Virus record (IMG/VR): IMGVR_UViG_2700989365_000011
DNA length: 21,980 nucleotides
Strand: one strand, 5' to 3'
From: a virus
Lineage: Duplodnaviria; Heunggongvirae; Uroviricota; Caudoviricetes
Below are positions 15,974-21,980 of the stretch, one piece after another. A program made the translations under genes and the position numbers. Every line of letters begins with the position of its first letter. Positions within the stretch are counted from its first letter, which is position 1. A model generated the notes under the pieces. It saw only the letters and a program-made list of their open reading frames with translations, did no database searches and had not been told where the DNA came from.

Positions 15974-16143
15974 TGACTAAGAAAATAAAATGTGCTTACC
16001 ACCTTTGCAAAAAAGACGTTGAAGAAAGCAAAGCTATTGAAAGAATGCTTCACTTCATGCACGGGATTTTATCAAAAGACGAACCGAGAAAATATTGCAG
16101 TGAAGCTTGTGCCGAAAAAGACCAGATGGCACATGAACTTTAA
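15973..16143 (+). CDS. ydaE: Rac prophage zinc-binding small protein YdaE
   Basis: 56 aa, [56 protein letters not shown]. Start overlaps the kilR stop (TGATG). Below the 60-aa ORF-track cutoff; found by reading the sequence. Confidence 0.8.
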   Translation: MTKKIKCAYHLCKKDVEESKAIERMLHFMHGILSKDEPRKYCSEACAEKDQMAHEL

Positions 16144-16217
16144 TTAATTGACTATTCGAAACTGAATTTATGCCAGAAATGGCAGGGATTCGCTCAACCT
16201 TAATTAAGGAGAAAAAC

Positions 16218-16493
16218 ATGATTACCAATTATGAAGCCACTGTTGTAACTACCGATGACATTGTTCACGAGGTGAATCTGGAAGGAAAGCGCATTGGCTA
16301 CGTAATTAAAACAGAAAATAAAGAAACCCCATTCACTGTGGTTGATATCGATGGTCCATCAGGCAACGTAAAAACACTTGATGAAGGTGTCAAAAAAATG
16401 TGCCTGGTGCATATCGGAAAGAATCTGCCCGCAGAAAAAAAAGCCGAATTTCTGGCAACTCTAATTGCAATGAAATTAAAAGGTGAAATCTGA
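16218..16493 (+). CDS. racC: Rac prophage protein RacC
   Basis: 91 aa, MITNYEATVVTTDDIVHEVNLEGKRIGYVIKTENKETPFTVVDIDG...; AAGGAG Shine-Dalgarno upstream. Confidence 0.85.
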   Translation: MITNYEATVVTTDDIVHEVNLEGKRIGYVIKTENKETPFTVVDIDGPSGNVKTLDEGVKKMCLVHIGKNLPAEKKAEFLATLIAMKLKGEI

Positions 16494-16594
16494 AAGAAAT
16501 AGCCTGCGTATGGCGCAGGCTATGAACAGTGTGTATCCGGCAAGATCATTCACTGAACAAAACGAATTTTAATCTGAGTTGAGGTTAAAAAACA

Positions 16595-19195
16595 ATGAGC
16601 ACAAAACCACTCTTCCTGTTACGGAAAGCGAAAAAATCATCCGGTGAACCTGACGTCGTCCTGTGGGCAAGCAACGATTTTGAATCGACCTGTGCCACTC
16701 TGGACTACCTGATCGTTAAGTCAGGTAAAAAACTGAGCAGCTATTTTAAAGCTGTTGCCACGAATTTTCCTGTCGTTAATGACCTGCCCGCTGAAGGTGA
16801 GATCGATTTTACCTGGAGTGAACGCTATCAACTCAGCAAAGACTCCATGACATGGGAACTAAAACCGGGAGCAGCACCAGACAACGCTCACTATCAAGGC
16901 AATACCAACGTCAACGGCGAAGACATGACTGAGATTGAGGAGAATATGCTACTCCCAATTTCTGGCCAGGAACTGCCCATTCGTTGGCTTGCTCAACACG
17001 GCAGCGAAAAACCGGTAACGCACGTTTCACGCGACGGACTCCAGGCATTACACATTGCTCGGGCTGAAGAACTACCGGCTGTTACTGCCCTGGCTGTTTC
17101 CCACAAAACCAGCCTGCTCGACCCGCTGGAAATTCGCGAACTCCACAAACTGGTTCGTGACACTGACAAAGTTTTCCCTAATCCTGGTAATTCAAACCTG
17201 GGACTGATAACTGCTTTTTTCGAAGCATACCTGAACGCTGACTACACCGATCGAGGACTGCTGACAAAAGAGTGGATGAAGGGTAATCGTGTTTCACACA
17301 TCACTCGCACGGCTTCCGGTGCTAATGCTGGCGGCGGAAACCTCACCGATCGCGGCGAAGGTTTCGTACACGATCTGACGTCACTGGCGCGGGACGTAGC
17401 CACTGGCGTACTGGCCCGTTCAATGGATCTGGACATCTATAACCTTCATCCGGCACACGCTAAACGCATTGAGGAAATTATCGCTGAAAATAAACCGCCC
17501 TTTTCTGTTTTCCGCGACAAATTCATCACCATGCCTGGCGGGCTGGATTATTCCCGCGCCATCGTGGTTGCGTCCGTAAAAGAAGCACCAATTGGGATCG
17601 AGGTCATCCCCGCGCACGTCACTGAATATCTGAACAAAGTACTGACTGAAACCGATCATGCCAACCCTGATCCGGAAATCGTGGATATTGCCTGCGGTCG
17701 CTCCTCTGCCCCGATGCCGCAGCGAGTAACAGAAGAAGGAAAACAGGATGATGAAGAAAAACCGCAACCATCTGGAACAACGGCAGTTGAACAGGGAGAG
17801 GCTGAAACAATGGAACCGGACGCAACTGAACATCATCAGGACACGCAGCCGCTGGATGCTCAGTCACAGGTAAATTCTGTTGATGCGAAATATCAGGAAC
17901 TGCGGGCAGAACTCCATGAAGCCCGGAAAAACATTCCATCAAAAAATCCTGTCGATGCCGATAAATTGCTTGCTGCATCACGTGGTGAATTTGTTGACGG
18001 AATTAGCGACCCGAACGATCCGAAATGGGTAAAGGGGATCCAGACTCGCGATTGTGTGTACCAGAACCAGCCAGAAACGGAAAAAACCAGCCCGGATATG
18101 AATCAACCTGAGCCAGTAGTGCAACAGGAACCGGAAATAGCCTGCAATGCCTGCGGCCAGACTGGCGGGGATAACTGCCCTGACTGTGGTGCGGTGATGG
18201 GCGACGCAACATACCAGGAAACATTCGATGAAGAGAGTCAGGTTGAAGCTAAGGAAAATGATCCGGAGGAAATGGAAGGCGCTGAACATCCGCACAATGA
18301 GAATGCTGGCAGCGATCCGCATCGCGATTGCAGTGATGAAACTGGCGAAGTCGCAGATCCCGTAATCGTAGAAGACATAGAGCCAGGTATTTATTACGGA
18401 ATTTCGAATGAGAATTACCACGCGGGTCCCGGTGTCAGTAAGTCTCAGCTCGATGACATTGCTGATACTCCGGCACTGTATTTGTGGCGTAAAAATGCCC
18501 CCGTGGACACCACAAAGACAAAAACGCTCGATTTAGGAACCGCTTTCCACTGCCGGGTACTTGAGCCGGAAGAATTCAGTAACCGCTTTATCGTAGCACC
18601 TGAATTTAACCGCCGGACAAACTCCGGAAAAGAAGAAGAGAAAGCGTTTCTGAGGGAATGCGCAAGCACAGGAAAAACGGTTATCACTGCCGAAGAAGGC
18701 CGGAAAATTGAACTCATGTATCAGAGCGTTATGGCTTTGCCGCTGGGGCAATGGCTTGTTGAAAGCGCCGGACACGCTGAATCATCAATTTACTGGGAAG
18801 ATCCTGAAACAGCAATTTTGTGTCGGTGCCGTCCGGACAAAATTATCCCTGAATTTCACTGGATCATGGACGTGAAAACTACGGCGGATATTCAACGATT
18901 CAAAACCGCTTATTACGACTACCGCTATCACGTTCAGGATGCATTCTACAGTGACGGTTATGAAGCACAGTTTGGAGTGCAGCCAACTTTCGTTTTTCTG
19001 GTTGCCAGCACAACTATTGAATGCGGACGTTATCCGGTTGAAATTTTCATGATGGGCGAAGAAGCAAAACTGGCAGGTCAGCTGGAATATCACCGCAATC
19101 TGCGAACCCTGGCTGACTGCCTCAATACCGATGAATGGCCAGCTATTAAGACGTTATCACTGCCCCGCTGGGCTAAGGAATATGCAAATGACTAA
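16595..19195 (+). CDS. recE: Exodeoxyribonuclease VIII (RecE)
   Basis: 866 aa, [46 protein letters not shown]... with the C-terminal exonuclease domain. Confidence 0.95.
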   Translation: MSTKPLFLLRKAKKSSGEPDVVLWASNDFESTCATLDYLIVKSGKKLSSYFKAVATNFPVVNDLPAEGEIDFTWSERYQLSKDSMTWELKPGAAPDNAHYQGNTNVNGEDMTEIEENMLLPISGQELPIRWLAQHGSEKPVTHVSRDGLQALHIARAEELPAVTALAVSHKTSLLDPLEIRELHKLVRDTDKVFPNPGNSNLGLITAFFEAYLNADYTDRGLLTKEWMKGNRVSHITRTASGANAGGGNLTDRGEGFVHDLTSLARDVATGVLARSMDLDIYNLHPAHAKRIEEIIAENKPPFSVFRDKFITMPGGLDYSRAIVVASVKEAPIGIEVIPAHVTEYLNKVLTETDHANPDPEIVDIACGRSSAPMPQRVTEEGKQDDEEKPQPSGTTAVEQGEAETMEPDATEHHQDTQPLDAQSQVNSVDAKYQELRAELHEARKNIPSKNPVDADKLLAASRGEFVDGISDPNDPKWVKGIQTRDCVYQNQPETEKTSPDMNQPEPVVQQEPEIACNACGQTGGDNCPDCGAVMGDATYQETFDEESQVEAKENDPEEMEGAEHPHNENAGSDPHRDCSDETGEVADPVIVEDIEPGIYYGISNENYHAGPGVSKSQLDDIADTPALYLWRKNAPVDTTKTKTLDLGTAFHCRVLEPEEFSNRFIVAPEFNRRTNSGKEEEKAFLRECASTGKTVITAEEGRKIELMYQSVMALPLGQWLVESAGHAESSIYWEDPETAILCRCRPDKIIPEFHWIMDVKTTADIQRFKTAYYDYRYHVQDAFYSDGYEAQFGVQPTFVFLVASTTIECGRYPVEIFMMGEEAKLAGQLEYHRNLRTLADCLNTDEWPAIKTLSLPRWAKEYAND

Positions 19196-19997
19196 GCAAC
19201 CACCAATCGCAAAAGCCGATCTGCAAAAAACTCAGGGAAACCGTGCACCAGCAGCAATTAAAAATAACGACGTGATTAGTTTTATTAACCAGCCATCAAT
19301 GAAAGAGCAACTGGCAGCAGCTCTTCCACGCCATATGACGGCTGAACGTATGATCCGTATCGCCACCACAGAAATTCGTAAAGTTCCGGCGTTAGGAAAC
19401 TGTGACACTATGAGTTTTGTCAGTGCAATCGTACAGTGTTCACAGCTCGGACTTGAGCCCGGTAGCGCCCTCGGTCATGCATATTTACTGCCTTTTGGTA
19501 ATAAAAACGAAAAGAGCGGTAAAAAAAACGTTCAGCTAATCATTGGCTATCGCGGCATGATTGATCTGGCTCGCCGTTCAGGTCAAATCGCCAGCCTGTC
19601 AGCCCGTGTTGTCCGTGAAGGTGACGAGTTTAATTTCGAATTTGGCCTTGATGAAAAGTTAATACACCGCCCAGGAGAAAACGAAGATGCCCCTGTTACC
19701 CACGTCTATGCTGTCGCAAGACTGAAAGACGGAGGTACTCAGTTTGAAGTTATGACGCGCAAACAGATTGAGCTGGTGCGCAGCCAGAGTAAAGCTGGTA
19801 ATAACGGGCCGTGGGTAACTCACTGGGAAGAAATGGCAAAGAAAACGGCTATTCGTCGCCTGTTCAAATATCTGCCCGTATCAATTGAGATCCAGCGTGC
19901 AGTATCAATGGATGAAAAGGAACCACTGACAATCGATCCTGCAGATTCCTCTGTATTAACCGGGGAATACAGTGTAATCGATAATTCAGAGGAATAA
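19188..19997 (+). CDS. recT: Single-strand annealing recombinase RecT
   Basis: 269 aa from the ATG at 19188 ([16 protein letters not shown]...); overlaps the recE 3' end by 8 nt. Confidence 0.95.
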   Translation: MTKQPPIAKADLQKTQGNRAPAAIKNNDVISFINQPSMKEQLAAALPRHMTAERMIRIATTEIRKVPALGNCDTMSFVSAIVQCSQLGLEPGSALGHAYLLPFGNKNEKSGKKNVQLIIGYRGMIDLARRSGQIASLSARVVREGDEFNFEFGLDEKLIHRPGENEDAPVTHVYAVARLKDGGTQFEVMTRKQIELVRSQSKAGNNGPWVTHWEEMAKKTAIRRLFKYLPVSIEIQRAVSMDEKEPLTIDPADSSVLTGEYSVIDNSEE

Positions 19998-20052
19998 TTC
20001 AGCCTGGCGGTGTAATGCACCGCCAACTTGAAATATTTTTATGAGAAAAATT

Positions 20053-20247
20053 ATGAGATATGACAATGTTAAACCATGTCCATTTTGTGGTTGTCCATCA
20101 GTAACGGTGAAAGCCATTTCAGGATATTACCGAGCGAAGTGTAACGGATGCGAATCCCGAACCGGTTATGGTGGAAGTGAAAAAGAAGCACTCGAACGAT
20201 GAAATAAACGAACCACTGGAAATAATAATGGAGGTGTTCATGTATAA
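20053..20247 (+). pseudogene. ralR: ralR (restriction-alleviation protein / type I toxin) interrupted by an in-frame TGA at 20200-20202
   Basis: Reads MRYDNVKPCPFCGCPSVTVKAISGYYRAKCNGCESRTGYGGSEKEALER then TGA. The same frame continues NKRTTGNNNGGVHV to a TAA at 20245-20247 that overlaps the ydaC ATG, so a 64-aa ancestral ORF is evident. Confidence 0.6.
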
Positions 20248-20428
20248 AATTACCGCCACTATTGAAAAGGAAGGTGGCACTCCTACTAACTGGACAAGAT
20301 ATTCAAAATCTAAACTAACGAAATCAGAATGCGAAAAAATGCTCTCAGGTAAAAAAGAAGCAGGCGTTTCCAGAGAGCAGAAAGTAAAACTGATAAATTT
20401 TAATTGCGAGAAACTTCAGTCCTCGTGA
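20240..20428 (+). CDS. ydaC: Rac prophage small protein (ydaC position)
   Basis: 62 aa from the ATG at 20240 (MYKITATIEKEGGTPTNWTRYSK...), GGAGG Shine-Dalgarno 5 nt upstream. Symbol assigned by synteny. Confidence 0.6.
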   Translation: MYKITATIEKEGGTPTNWTRYSKSKLTKSECEKMLSGKKEAGVSREQKVKLINFNCEKLQSS

Positions 20429-20527
20429 ATTGCATTGTATTCAAATTAAAACTTCATAGCTGATTATTAATAATCAACATCGGGCGTCAATTTAAGTCTA
20501 ACATTGGCGCCTGCCAGAGGTGATGCG

Positions 20528-20743
20528 ATGGCACAAGTAATCTTTAATGAAGAGTGGATGGTTGAATACGGCCTGATGCTTCGCACTGGTCTGGGGGCCA
20601 GACAAATTGAAGCATACCGCCAGAACTGTTGGGTGGAAGGCTTCCACTTCAAACGAGTATCTCCTTTAGGGAAGCCAGACAGTAAGCGAGGGATTATCTG
20701 GTATAACTATCCAAAGATAAATCAGTTTATCAAAGACTCATGA
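20528..20743 (+). CDS. xisR: Excisionase-like protein
   Basis: 71 aa, [45 protein letters not shown]...; immediately upstream of the integrase. Confidence 0.8.
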   Translation: MAQVIFNEEWMVEYGLMLRTGLGARQIEAYRQNCWVEGFHFKRVSPLGKPDSKRGIIWYNYPKINQFIKDS

Positions 20744-20744
20744 T

Positions 20745-21980
20745 ATGTCTAAATTACCAACAGGTGTCGAGATTCGAGGTAAATACATTCGCATCTGGTT
20801 CATGTTTCGAGGAAAACGATGTCGGGAAACATTGAAAGGCTGGGAGGTTACTAACAGTAACATTAAAAAAGCCGGGAATTTAAGAGCGTTGATAGTTCAT
20901 GAAATCAATTCCGGTGAGTTTGAGTATTTAAGACGTTTTCCCCAGTCCAGCACTGGGGCAAAAATGGTGACAACGAGGGTCATAAAAACGTTCGGGGAGC
21001 TTTGTGATATCTGGACAAAAATTAAAGAAACAGAGTTAACAACAAACACAATGAAGAAAACGAAATCACAATTAAAAACACTCAGGATAATAATTTGTGA
21101 GAGTACTCCGATATCGCATATTCGTTATAGCGATATCTTAAACTACCGGAATGAACTGCTGCATGGAGAAACGCTTTACCTGGATAATCCAAGATCCAAC
21201 AAAAAAGGAAGAACCGTGCGCACAGTTGATAACTATATCGCCCTGCTCTGTTCGTTGTTACGTTTTGCGTATCAGTCGGGATTTATATCAACCAAACCAT
21301 TTGAAGGAGTAAAGAAATTACAGAGAAACAGAATAAAGCCTGACCCGTTATCTAAAACAGAATTCAATGCATTAATGGAAAGTGAAAAAGGACAGAGCCA
21401 GAACTTGTGGAAATTTGCCGTATACTCCGGGCTTCGTCACGGGGAACTGGCTGCTCTGGCGTGGGAGGATGTGGATTTCGAGAAGGGAGTTGTGAATGTC
21501 AGAAGAAACCTGACGATACTGGATATGTTCGGTCCCCCAAAAACAAATGCGGGGATCCGGACGGTAACACTACTGCAGCCTGCTCTTGAAGCACTGAAGG
21601 AGCAATACAAACTGACCGGGCATCATCGCAAAAGCGAAATCACTTTTTATCATCGGGAGTACGGCAGAACCGAAAAGCAAAAACTGCATTTTGTTTTCAT
21701 GCCCAGAGTGTGTAACGGAAAACAGAAACCTTATTACTCGGTAAGCAGTTTGGGTGCGAGATGGAATGCAGCAGTAAAACGTGCTGGTATTCGCCGCCGT
21801 AATCCGTACCATACGCGGCATACTTTTGCCTGCTGGCTGTTGACGGCAGGAGCGAACCCGGCGTTTATAGCCAGCCAGATGGGGCATGAAACTGCGCAGA
21901 TGGTGTATGAAATTTACGGTATGTGGATTGATGACATGAACGACGAACAGGTAGCCATGTTGAATGCGCGGTTATCGTAG
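20745..21980 (+). CDS. intR: Tyrosine site-specific integrase (Rac-type)
   Basis: 411 aa with the C-terminal catalytic region (...RHTFACWLL...HETAQMVYEIY). The stop codon is the last triplet of the window. Confidence 0.9.
   Translation: MSKLPTGVEIRGKYIRIWFMFRGKRCRETLKGWEVTNSNIKKAGNLRALIVHEINSGEFEYLRRFPQSSTGAKMVTTRVIKTFGELCDIWTKIKETELTTNTMKKTKSQLKTLRIIICESTPISHIRYSDILNYRNELLHGETLYLDNPRSNKKGRTVRTVDNYIALLCSLLRFAYQSGFISTKPFEGVKKLQRNRIKPDPLSKTEFNALMESEKGQSQNLWKFAVYSGLRHGELAALAWEDVDFEKGVVNVRRNLTILDMFGPPKTNAGIRTVTLLQPALEALKEQYKLTGHHRKSEITFYHREYGRTEKQKLHFVFMPRVCNGKQKPYYSVSSLGARWNAAVKRAGIRRRNPYHTRHTFACWLLTAGANPAFIASQMGHETAQMVYEIYGMWIDDMNDEQVAMLNARLS

Noticed and set aside
17242-19093. Several minus-strand ORFs of 64-147 aa inside recE
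   Set aside because: Antisense to the 866-aa RecE reading frame; Cys/Phe/Arg-rich junk translations.
21900-21980. Prophage attachment site or tRNA next to the integrase
   Set aside because: The window ends at the intR stop codon, so any attachment site or flanking tRNA lies outside the sequence.

Overview
Enterobacterial (E. coli-like) accessory DNA consisting of two lambdoid prophage segments separated by an IS1 copy (9359-10126) and an 11-N assembly gap (10127-10137), so their adjacency is unverified. The right part (10138-21980) is a Rac-type prophage arm: replication/immunity genes (ydaV, ydaU, ydaT, ydaS, racR), ydaG-ydaF, sieB, kilR, ydaE, racC, recE, recT, ralR (with an in-frame premature TGA), ydaC, xisR and intR; the window ends exactly at the intR stop codon. 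The left part (1-9358) is a second, mosaic lambdoid immunity/replication region: DnaC-like loader, O-like initiator with internal iterons, YdaT-like and Cro-like genes, a cI-like repressor followed by a ParE-family toxin-antitoxin pair, then a ydaF-like gene and an unknown 121-aa gene. It carries a type II restriction-modification pair at its distal end. No rRNA, tRNA or CRISPR array was seen. Most of the window is recognisable prophage biology; nothing here can be shown to be a new system from sequence alone. The best candidates for something undescribed are the unknown genes in the pL-like operon of the left prophage, the zinc-ribbon gene beside the R-M pair, and a ~165-nt non-coding leader conserved in both prophages. 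All homology statements are from reading the translations, not from database searches.
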